A stretch of 63,808 bases of DNA, the filler included, from Saprolegnia diclina VS20 (taxonomy: Eukaryota): NCBI RefSeq assembly GCF_000281045.1. It is 8 parts of 5 records of this genome, joined end to end, with 100 filler letters (N's around TTAATTAATTAA, not from the genome) between each part and the next. Parts side by side here need not be neighbours in the genome. Positions count along the whole stretch, not along the records: positions 1 to 15,783 come from NW_008246195.1; 7 more parts are not named here. One strand, written 5' to 3'. Shown piece by piece: positions 1-12,000 of the stretch; position 1 is the stretch's first letter; each line of letters begins with the position of its first letter. Made by a program: the position numbers and the translations under genes. The notes under the pieces were generated by a model. That model saw only the letters and a list, made by a program, of their open reading frames with translations, ran no database searches and had not been told where the DNA came from.

Positions 1-3000
1 ACGACTGGCATCTCAACTACACAGTCGGGGAGCGTTGTCTTGTCAAGTGGCAACAGCACTGGCACTAGTGGCGACGTGCTACTGTCAACGGGCAACAGTT
101 CGAAGGTCGCTGGGCGCATTGTCATTGCGCCTGGATCGAGCGAGTCTCGAGCTGGTGGTGCTATCGACGTCATCGGCGGGACTGGTCAAATGGGTGGCGG
201 CGTACGCGTCATGGGCGGCAAAGCACAAACGATATCAAGTCAAGTCGGCATCTATGGCGGCTCGTCGGCATCTGGCGACGGTGGTTCGGTCCTCGTTGCT
301 GCGGGGCGCGGATCTCTTGATGGTGGTACTGTTGGTATCACGAGTGGCAGTAGCGACGGCGCTCGTGGTGGTCGTGTCTCTATCGCGTCGGGTCTCGGTG
401 CTGAAGCGTCGGGCTCCGTCGGTGTTATGTCGGCGGATGCGAACCTTGTCAGTGGCTCAGTTGTCGTCAACTCTGGCATTGGGTCGGAAGCGTCGGGTGC
501 TCTTGCTCTGACATCTGGCGCAAGCTCACGAAGTGGTAATGTTCTCTTGGCCAGCGGCTCGGGACAGTTGGCTTCGGGAGCGATCTCGATCCGTTCTGGC
601 AACGGCCCGACGAGCGCGCGTGTCTCGATTGCGGCCGGCGACGGCGTTACCCAAACCGGTGATGTGCACATCGGTGGTGGAGCGTCGTCCAAGGCTACGG
701 GTGGTGTCGTCAATATCAATAGCGGCTCGAGTGCCGCTGGAAGCAGTGGTACCATTCTTCTCCAGACGTCCGCTTCGTCAACGTCCGGTCGCGCAACGCT
801 AACGACGGGTGCCGGTAAAGACATTTCGGGCGCTGTTGCGGTCAGTTCTGGGAACAGTCATGGCAAGAGCGGCAGCGTCGTCATTGGCTCTGGATCAGGC
901 TCGACCGCGGGTACCGTGTCCCTTCAAGGTGGATCATCTTCGACGGCCGACGGTGGATCGATCATGCTTTCCTCGGGTGTGTCCAGCGTCGCGCCCGCAG
1001 GTCGTGTGAGCATCCTCGCAGCCAACGGAACTCAAGACGGTGGCTCGATTCAGCTCGTTGCTGGCTCATCGATGGAGAAGCTTGGTGGCTCGGTTGACGT
1101 CTCGTCAGGGACGTCAGTGCATGGCAGCGGCGTGATTGCTTTGGCCAGCGCCGATGGCGCCATGTCGCTACGAACGACATCAGGTAATGTCACGATTGCG
1201 TCAGCGGCTGCGAAGGCGGCTGCGGGGGACATTTCCCTCGCTGCGGGTCTCGGTGGCAGCGTGTCGATCTCAAGTGGCGACGCTCTGGTTGGTGTGTCTG
1301 CAACTGGTGACGTGAGTTTGGCCGCTGGCATCTCGGTGCAGCGCCGTGTTGGCCAAGTTTCCATCACGAGCGGTCATCAAGATGAAGCCGGTGGCGACGT
1401 TGCCATCGCGACGGCAGCGTCTACTAAGGGCACTGGCGCCGTCGTTATTGGCTCGGGTGCATCGAAAGAATCATCTGGTGCCGTGACCCTGCAAACAGGC
1501 GCAGCCAACTTGCGGTCTGGTGACATGGTCGTGGCTTCTGGGCAAGGCGCGCTTGTCGGCGGTCATCTCAACTTGACTGCGGGCGACTCGGCGCAACACG
1601 GTGGCTCCGTCACTGTTTCTGGTGGTCGTGGCACAACAAATGCTGGCTCTGTAACGGTACAAGGTGGTGACAGCGGCGGCATGGTGCGAGTCCTTGGTGG
1701 CTCGACAACCGCCAAGAATACCGGCGGCTCCGTTGAAGTTGTCGGTGGTGTGTCAACGACGACCAAGCATGGCAATGTCACGCTTCGTGGTATCGCTTTG
1801 GCATCGGCTGCAAGCTTGGTCGCTGAAGGCGGCTCGGACGCGATCGGTGGCGCCTTGGTTCTCTCGGCGGGCACTGCTACGAATACGGGCGGTGCTGCTG
1901 TACTGGTGTCCGGCTCCGGCTCAGTCTCAGGTGCGATCACGGTGTCATCGGGTGCGGCGTCAGAAGCGACGGGTGCAACCGTCATTCAGTCGGGTGCCAC
2001 ATCCAGTGGGACCTCGGGCAGTGTGCAATTGAGCTCTGGCCAAGGCGCCACGTCTTCGGGGAACGTTTTGCTCGGTTCTGGCCCATCGGCGACCGCCAAC
2101 GCTGGCACTCTCGATGTATTTGGTGGCTCGAGCGACCAAGGCCGTGGTGGCGACGTCGCGATTCGTAGTGGCTCGAGTCGTCTTTCTCAAGCAGGCTCGC
2201 TGGTTGTCCAAGTCGGGAACTCGGGTGCTGCACGCGGCGAAGACCTCGTGTTGCTTGCTGGTGCGACGACGGGGTCTATGATGGCTGGGGGGACCGTGGC
2301 CATCTCTGGTGGCGCTGGTACTACTGGCGGCCGCGTGCAACTCACTGCTGGTCATGGTGTAACTGGCGGCGACTTGGCACTTGTCTCTGGTAATGGAACG
2401 ATGGCGTCTGGCAACGTCTTGGTCGCATCATCAACGTCGGCTGGGTCGTCTGGCACCATCAACGTGCGCTCGGGCGATTCGTCGGCAGGTTCGTCTGGCG
2501 CGATCGCTCTGAGTAGCGGTAACGGCGCCGTCTCTGGTGGTATTCGAATCATCCAAGGCAAGAGTACGTCCACCGCAGCTCAAGACGGCATCCATCTTGA
2601 GAGTGCAAGCACGTCGGCTGATATCGGCGCGTCTATCATGGCTGTCTCGGGCGCGGGCAAACGCGTGTCCGGCGACGTGGCGCTCGCAAGTGGCGCCAAC
2701 TCGCCCTTGAGTGGCAACGTCACAATTACGTCGGGGCGCTCGACGGCGTCCGGTGAAGTTCGTGTAACGAGTGCTACAGCAACCGACACAGCGGGGCGGG
2801 TGGCAATCCAAGCCGGTGCGGCCCGTCAAGGTGGCCAAGTGGCCATCCAAGCGGGTGCGTCGGATGAAGCCGTCGGAGCGAACGTTGTGATCCAGTCGGG
2901 CGCGAGCGCGAAGCGCACGAGTGGTGATGTGCGTCTGACGACGACGACCAATGTGTCTGGTACGGGCAACATCGACGTGGCCACGGGCGATGCAACGGGC

Positions 3001-6000
3001 AACGATGCCGGCGACATTCACGTGCGCGGCGGCACGAGCTCCCGTGTCGGTGGGTCGGTAGCGTTGACGGCCGGTGCTGGTGCCATGGTGCCAGGCCGAT
3101 TGTCACTCCAAGGCGGTACCTCGACTGCGTCCAAGGGTGGCGCTATTGCGATCAGTTCCGGTGCCAGTGGCCAAGAAAGCGGCAATGTCGAGGTTGGAAC
3201 GGGTGCTGGCGCCGAAAGCGGTGCTCTAGAGTTCGTCTCTGGCGTGGGTTCGATTCGCAGTGGCGACGTGTCTGTTGCTTCGAGTCACGCTCCAGTGACC
3301 GGTAACCTCGTCTTGTCGACGGCGCAAGCCACGACATCGTCTGGGAGTGTGACGATCGCCGCTGGTCGTGCTCCCAACACCGCTGGATTTGTACATGTCT
3401 CGGCGGGTGCAAGCTCGTCGAGTTCTGGGGGCGCTATCAAGCTCGCCGCCGGGTCTAGTCGAGTAAACGCCGGCGGCGCGACGACCATCGCCGGCGGACA
3501 AGGCGAGACTTCTCTCGGAGGAAACGTCCGTGTCGTGGGTGGCGAAGGCCGTCTCGGCGGTGGTGCCGTGCACATCCTCAGCGGCGGCAGCGAGACGATC
3601 TCGGGCGACGTAAGACTCGCGTCGGCCTCGTCCGATGCGAGTGGCAACACTTTGGTTACGACTGGTGACGCCAAGGTGTCGTCGGGCACGCTGGCCATTT
3701 CGACTGGCAATGCAACGACAACCTCCGGCTCGGTGCTCATCAAGGCGGGTACGAGTGACACCTCCACGGGGCCCACTGTCTCTCTCGAAGCTGGCGGTGG
3801 CACCTCAGGTGGCACCCTCGCTCTTCAAAGCGGTGCTGGCCGCCTCGGCGCCTCTGGCGCCGTCGACATTTCGTCTGCGATGACTGGTTCTCGTTCTGGC
3901 GACGTGCGCTTGAGTTCCGGTGTCCACCGCGATGCCTCAGGCCATGTCACGATCCTAACGGGGTCCTCCGATGTGGCCTCTGGTGACCTTCAAGTCGCGT
4001 CCGGTAACACAACGGGTACCAGCCCTGCTGGCACTGTCAGTATTGCCGGTGGGCACGGCCCGAACGTCGGTGGTCGTGTTCAAGTTATCGCGGGCAACGC
4101 CGCGACTGCTACATTCACGTCGGCTTCTACGCGAAGTCACAAGGCGGGTAACGTCCTTGTGGCTGCGGGGTCGAGCAGCGAGACCGATGGCGGCGCCGAC
4201 CTTGCGCTTGCAGGTGGTGCCGTTGCAAGCAGCCACGGCGGCGCGCAAGGCGGCGACGCGACATTGTCGGGCGGCTCGGGGTCGGGAACGGCCTCGGGTG
4301 GTACCGTCCGCGTTGCTGGTGGCGCCTCCGAGAGTGCTACAAGTGGAAGCATCGATGTGTCAAGCGGTCGCAGCACGATGCAGTCCGGCGACGCGCGCAT
4401 GTCGACAGCATCGAGCGATCGCACTGGCTCCGTGGCCATTTCGAGTGGACACGCCGCGTCGCAGGGCTCGGGCTCCGTGATTGTGTCGACTGGCGACAGC
4501 TCGGCTGCCGTTGGTCTCCTTCAAGTGCGCGCGGGTGCGAGCGCAAGTCAAGACGGTGGTAACGTTACCGTTTTGAGCGGTCGTGGGTCGCTCTCGAGCG
4601 GCGCCGTGACCATAGCGTCCGAGGACTCGACGGCCTCGGGCAACGTGGGCGTGACGACGGGCGGCGCGACGGATGCCTCGGGCTCTGTCGTCATCTCGAC
4701 CGGCGCTTCGCGACGCGCCGACGCGGGCAACGTCGAACTTCTTGCTGGCGAATCGGGCCTCGGTCGTGGAGGCCGCATCTCGTTGGTTGGTGGTCGTGGT
4801 CTTGTTGACAGCGGCGCCATCAACCTTGCTTCGGCGTCGGCATTGAAGACCGGGACGATCTCGCTCGCATCCGGCGCGGGCTCGGACGAGTCGGGCGCGA
4901 TCGACATCGTGACGGGCGCGGCTGCGCGGGCGGGCGCTGTCCGCCTCGCCGGCGGCCGTTCGACCCACGAAGGCGGTACCCTTTCTATTTCCGGCTCGAC
5001 ATCGGAAACGGCGACTGGCGGCCGTCTAGCGCTCATGAGCGGCGCGGGGACTGTCAGCGGCGACGTGGACGTTGCATCGTCGGAATCCGAGACGAGTGGC
5101 TCGCTTCGCTTCAGTTCTGGCAATGGCGACCAATCGTCCGGCGATGTCGTTCTGGCATCCGGTTTGTCTGCGGCATCCGGTTCTGTCTTTGTGGCATCGG
5201 GTTCCTCGGAAACATCTGGCGGTGTCGCGATGATGTCGGGTGAAGGGTCACGGTCCGGGACCGTCAACATCGGTTCGGGCGCGGGTGCCGTGGTGTCGGG
5301 CGACATCGCCGTTGGATCTGGCGCAAGCGACAACTCGGGCTCGTTGGCCATTCGCTCTGGCGAAGGCGTTTTGTCTGGCAACGTTGTGGTCTCGTCAGGC
5401 CGTGGCTCGCGCGCCTCTGGTAGCGTGGTTGTCCAGTCGGGTGTCTCGCAGACAGCGCCCGGCGAGATCCGCCTCGCGGTCGGGTCGGAAGGCTCGTCCC
5501 TGGTATTACGCGACGACGGTATTGTTTTGGCTGCCGGTGCGTTGCCGCAAGGGTCGAACATTCGCGTCAACGCTGGTGCGGCTTCGGCAGGCGGCGACGG
5601 TGGTATGGTTACGATCGGCACTGGTGCGGGTACGACGAGCGGTCGTGTGGAAATCGGCTCCACGAGCGCTGCATCTACTGGACGTGTCATTCTTGCGTCT
5701 GGAACGGCGCGTGAGGACGCGTCTGGTGCGATGCACATTCAGACTGGATCCAGTGCCGCGGCCTCGGGTGCCGTTCGCATCGAAAGCGGTGCAAGTACAC
5801 GTACCGCTGGCGACGTGCTTGTCGCGGGCGGCGTGGGCGACACTACGGGTGGCTCGGTACGCCTCTCAAGTGGCGCATCCAGTCAACAGGCCGGGACCAT
5901 CGCTCTCACGACGGCACCGAGTCGTCTTGGCAGCGAGATTTCGCTGATGACAGGCGACGCGTCGAGCGGCAGTGGTGCCATTCGCCTCACGGCCGGATCG

Positions 6001-9000
6001 AGCGACACTCAAGGTGGCGACATTCTCGCTACGGCCGGTTCATCGTCGACTGGGACGGCGGGCGCCATCACGCTGCGTGCTGGGGCCAGCGATTACATGG
6101 TCGGTGGCAACGCCGAACTTGTGTCCGGTGCCGGCACACGTAGTGGGGACGTGCATGTTCACAGCCCCCGCAGCGATCAAACAAGTGGCCAAGTGCGCCT
6201 CGCGACGGGAGAGAGCGCCCATGGAAGTGGCAGTTTGACCTTGCACACTGGTGTCGGTGAATCCACGGGCGCGATTCTTGTGGGCTCAGGGAATGCAACC
6301 GCAACGCCGGGCCGCGTCGTAGTTTCCAGTGGTGCGTCTTTGACGAGCATTGGCGGCGAAACGGCCATTCTTGGCGGTGCTGGTGTGCGCGGCGGCTCTA
6401 TTCGTCTTGCGGCTGGCTCTGGCTCGACCCATGGTGGTGCCCTCGACTTGCGCAGCGGCAGCTCGGTCGGCGACTCGGGCGATGTCTCCGTGTCTTCTGC
6501 TCAAGATGCGGCGACCAGCGGCCGCCTCCACCTCGTGAGTGGCGACAGTCAACTTCGCAGTGGCAACGTCACATTGGCGACGGGAATGGCGTCTGAAGCG
6601 GCCGGCAATGTTCGTATCTCTACCGGTGGCTCTGCGACTGGCGGAAACATTGAACTGTCGACCGGCGCATCATCGGGGGCAAGTGGCAGCGTCCGCATCT
6701 CGGCGGCGTCCAATATGGCCGCGTACGACGGCAGCAGAATTGTCCTGCGGAGCGGCGACAGCCGCTCTGCCATCGGCGGGGACATTGACGTCCGTACCGG
6801 GGCTGGTGCTACCAGTGGCTCGCTTTCCTTGGCAACGGCCGAGTCGGCGATCAGCGGGGGCATTACGCTCCAAAGCGGCCAAGCAACCGACGGTCCATCG
6901 GGTACCATTGCGCTGTCGTCCAGCGACGGCGATGTGACCATTGATGGTCGTCGTGCGCGCATCTCGACCGTCGACGGGTTGCTGAATCTAGCGGCATCTG
7001 GCAAGGACGGTGTCGTCTCGCTCGCAACGGAGACGAGCGACATTACCGTGACCACTGGCGCGTCTGGCGCGATTACCATTTCGACGTCCAAGAACGACCG
7101 CGGTCGCAGCGGCGATATTGCGTTACAGAGCGGTGCAAGCGCTGATGCCGAAGCGGGCGTGGTGACAGTGCAAGGTGGCAGCGGGCTTCGCGGCGATGTT
7201 CGCGTCTCTGCCGGCAGCGGTGCGATCCAAGGCGGCAAAGTTGAAATTGTCTCGGGCGCGGGGCGCGTGGCTTCATCGATTGATATTGCCGTCGGTCGAT
7301 CGGTTCAAGATGGCGGTAGCTTGCGGCTGACCGCTGGCGCCAGCCACTCTGCAACAGGCGGTGACGTCATTGTCGCTGCTGGGAGCTCGGAAACACGTGG
7401 CGGTCGTGTCCATCTGGCGAGCGAATCAAACGGCGGCACGGTCGATGTTACGTCGGACGGCGAAACGTCTGTCACAGCGGCGACGGTCGCAGTCCATGCC
7501 ACTGTTGGTGATATTTCCATGCTGGCTGCGTCGTCGGATGCAAGCAGCGGCGCCATCAACCTCAGCGCTGGCAGCAGTCGCAACATTGGCGGTGCACTCT
7601 CGATCACAAGTGGACAAGGGCGCGTCGGCGGCAACGTTACGATTCTCAGCGCTGCGTCCAAGACCGCCGGACAGTCCGGGCACATCTCAGTATTGTCCGA
7701 GGCGTCTTTGGACGCATCGGGCTCGGTCTCGGTTGCATCGGGTGACTCCCTCAACACTCGAGCCGGTGCTGTTCACGTGCGATCTGGTGACAGTAGCGCT
7801 GCGGACGGAGCCTCTGTCCAAATATCTGCCGGTAGTGCCAAGCGCACTGGTGGGCAGGTGACGCTTCTCGGCGGTGCCGGTCTAACCGGCGGCGACGCGG
7901 TGGTCACGAGCGGTGCGGGCGACATGTCGTCTGGACGCCTCGATCTCGCGTCGGCGGCGTCGTCGAGCGGCAAGAGCGGCGACGTCCGTTTGCGCTCGGG
8001 CTCGTCCAGTGTGCAGTCGGGTCGCGTCGCGATCGAAACCTCAAAGGGGGCTACCTCGGGCGATATCACGCTCGCGGCAGGGTCGGCACAAGGTACGGCT
8101 GGCTCGTTGTCGTTGACGACTGGCGACAGCCAACAGCAAGACGGCGGCGCATTTGTGCTTCAAACAGGTGCAAGCCAGGCGAGCCAAGGCGGCGACGTCG
8201 CGATGGTCACGGGCAAAGGTGCACTTCGAAGTGGCCACCTTCGCTTGGAAGCTAGTGGCGCTGCTACAACAGGTGGCAGTATCGCTCTCTCGACGGGCGC
8301 CTCCTCGTCCACGTCGGGCAGCATTGCCATCTCGACAGGAAGCGCTGGCGATAGTGTCGGCGACGTCTCTATCGAGGCCGGCGCGTCGACCTCTCGATCG
8401 GCCTCTAGTGGCGTCGTTTCCATCCGTTCTGGCGCGGGTGAAGGCGCAAGTGGTCAGCTTGTGCTTGAAACTGGCGTTGGGTCGGACGGGTCGGGCGCAA
8501 TCGCGTTGCGCACGGCGAACGGCCCAACAAGCGGGTCTATCTTGGTCGCGACCGGTCAAGGAACAAGTACCGCAGGAGCCATTCATCTCTCTGCGGGTGC
8601 GTCTCGCGACGTTCCAGGAAGCTCGGTTCGCGTGTCCAGTGGGGCCAGTGCCAATGGCCTCGCTGGAGCGATCGAAGTTGCTGCTGGCGCCTCCTCATTG
8701 TCTGGAGGCGGTACCGTGTCGCTTGCCGGTGGTCAAGGCGCCGTCGGTGGCGCCGTGCAACTTGCGGGCGGTCTCGGTTCCTCGGTTGGTGGCGCGGTGT
8801 CTCTATCAAGCGGTGCGGGCTCGGTTTCGTCCGGTGACGTAACGTTGGCGTCCGCCGACGGAATCGCTACCGGTCGTGTCGTGCTGGCGTCGGGTACGAC
8901 ACCATCAACAGGGTCAAGCGGTGACCTTGAGCTCACGACGGGGGCGGGCAAGTCAAGTGGCCGCATTCGCATTGTGTCGGGTGCGGCTGCTGACCAAGGT

Positions 9001-12000
9001 CGCATCGAACTGCGTGGGCACTCGATCGACGCGCAAGCCTCGGTGGGCGATGTGACGCTGAACGCGGGGCGTGGCATTGCGATCTCAGGTGGTTCATCTG
9101 GGTTCGGTGGCGACATTGGCATCGTGAGTGGTCCAAGTGCCTCAGCAGCAAGCGGTGCCGTGACCGTTTCATCGGCGGCCAGCGTCCTCGGTTCCGGTGA
9201 CACAATCGTCGCAACCGGATCCAGCCCAGCTGGTGCATCCGGCTCTCTCGATCTCCATGTGGGTGCGTCGGAAACACCTGGTGCACTTCGGCTGACGGGT
9301 GCGACGTCGCCCAACGTCGGTGGCCCGATTGCGGTTGCTGGCGGCGCCGGCAAGGTCGGCGGTGGCGTCTCGATCAATGGTGGGCGTGGTAACATGCACG
9401 GCGGCGACGTGTCTGTCATGTCTGGGGAGGGTGAGCGGCAATCGGGACGCGTCGTTCTCGCGTCGGCGGCGGCGCGTGGTCCATCCGGGCCTCTCACGCT
9501 GACGTCCGGTGACAGCGCAGACGCGTCGGGTGACATCACATTGGCGCCCGGCCGCGTGGTCGACGGCAAAGCGGGTGACACGTCCATTCATGGCGGCCAC
9601 GGACGCTTGGGCGGGTCGATCAACCTCAGCAGCGGACGCGGTACGGAGCAGCATGGCGACATTGCGATGACCGGCAAGACGGTGCGCACGCGGGCCGACG
9701 ATGCAGTGGACGTGACGACGGGAACGTCGTCGCTTTCCATGTCCTCCAAGGATGGTCTCTCGATCAAGAGCTCGATTGTCGAGGTCAAGAGTGTCAACTT
9801 TACGGCGCATGTCGACGGCCAGTTTGCGGTGGCGCATACCAACAAGGACGGGTCGCGCAACATTACGCTGCGCGCACTCCCCGACATGGTCATGAGCCAC
9901 GTGCCCATCCAAGCCGCGAAGCTATTGACGCCGTCCGACAGTCGCATCAAGACCAACATTGAGAGCTTTGACGAAGAGGACATTTATCAACGGCTGCAGA
10001 AGCTCGAGCTCAAGTCGTTCAAGTACACAAACGCATGGAGCAAGATGATGGGGCTTTCCAACGAGACGATTCGCGGTGTCGTTGCGCAGCAAGTCGCCGA
10101 GATTTTCCCAGAGTATGTGGATGTCCGCGAGGACTTTCACGTGTCGGACCACGGTGTGCGTGTGGCAAACCTTACGCAGGTCAATACGCAAGCGATCGTT
10201 CTCGACTTGTTGGCCGCGCTCCAGGCGCAGCAACGTCGACTCGCGCTCGGTGCCAACACGCCGGATCTCAGCGGTAACTTGGACCTCTCCACTGCCAGCA
10301 CTGGCGAGTATTACAACAGTGCGGGTAAAGGCGCAACGGGTAACGTCACCGTCACGACGGGCACGTCGAACGGTGGCAACTCTGGCACCATCCGCATTGC
10401 GACGGGTGGTGCTCGCTCCGGTGTGGTCGGCTCTGTGCAAATTGCTGGCGGCAGCAGTGACGTGTCGGCTGGTGGTCGGATTGAGATCACTGGCGGCAAT
10501 GTGAACCGGGTCGGCAGTGTCGGTGGCGACGTCTTGCTTCGGTCCGGGTCCGGCACGTCAGCGTCAAGTGGCGCGGTCAACATCACTACTGGAGACGCAG
10601 GGACCAGCGGCGACGCTGGCGCCCTCTCCCTTGGCTCGGGAAGCGCGCCTTTGGGCCAAAGCGGCCTCGTGACGCTGTCCAGTGGTGATGCTCAGGCGGA
10701 TGTTGCAGCCAACGTGCGCGTCCTCGCAGGCAGCGGGCGTCGCCAAGGTGGTGCAGTCGAAGTCACCGCTGGGTCATCGAACGACCGAGTCGGTGGCGCT
10801 GTTCGTCTAACGTCGGGTACCGGCAACCAGCAAGTGTCGGGCGACGTCACGCTCAGCAGTGCGTCGTCGACGCACGGGTCAGGCCAGCTCGTGTTCAAGA
10901 CAGGCGACGCTACGACGGGCCCCGCCGGCCGTATCAGCCTCTCGACGGGCGCATCGAGCTCGGGAAGCTCCATATCGGTGGCGTCGAGTGGTACAATGAC
11001 GCTCGAAACGCGTACGGTGTCGGCGTCGACGGTCCGCAACGACTTGATTGTTGGTTCCGCGCTGGCAGACAGCGGCGAGTCTGGTGGTGTCTTGCTCTCG
11101 GTCGGCGGCTCGCGATTCGGCGTTGGCGCGCTGTCACTCGTGGGCGGGGCCGGCGTCGCTTCGCCTGGTGGCTCGGTCATCGTGGCGGCAGGCTCGTCCG
11201 TGTCGTCAAGTGGTGGTGCGCTGCGTTTGAACGCTGGCCGTGCAACCCAGTCGAGTGGTGGCTCAGCTGTGATTTCAGGTGGTACCAGCGAGTCTAACAT
11301 CGGTGGGACAGTCTCAGTCCTATCCGGCTCAGGTTTGTCCGCCAACTCGCGTAGCGGTGATGCAAGTCTCGCCTCGGTTTCAAGCCTTGCTGGCACGGGA
11401 ACTGTCTCTGTGGCCTCCGGCGATGCTGCTCAAGGTACTGCCGGCGAGGTTGTGCTCCAAGTTGGTGCTTCTAGCGGGCTTGGCGCACGCTTGGCTCTGT
11501 CCTCTGGCCGAGGTGCTTCGCTGGGTGGTCTCGTTTCGATCACATCTGGTGCGGGGGCGACCGTCAGTGGCAACGTACAAGTGGCCTCTGGCGATTCGAC
11601 ACGAAGCGGCGCGGTGGTCGTTCGATCTGGCGCAGCATCAACGGGCACCAGTGGTAACGTGGTTGTGGCCGCGGGTGGTGCAGCTTCCAAGGCTGGCGAC
11701 GTCATTGTCTCGGCTGGCAACAGCTCGGTCGAAGGTGGTGCTTTACGCCTTGAATCGGGGATTGGCCCCATTTCTGGCGCTGTGTCTCTCGGATCTACTC
11801 CAGGTGTGACGACGGGTCAAGCCACTGTCGCCTCGGGCGACGCGAGAACGGGCGCCTCGGGCGTTGTGTCAGTGCAAACGGGCGACGCGCTTAAAGGTGC
11901 CGCCGGCAACCTTCGTCTAGCTGTCGGTGCAAGCGCAAGCAGCGACGGCGGCTCCGTCTCAATCACGGCAGGCAACACACTGGCATCACGCGGCGGCCAT

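Noticed and set aside
7189..7197. RGD motif (GLRGDV) in the giant protein
   Set aside because: A single occurrence in >5,000 Gly-rich residues is expected by chance.
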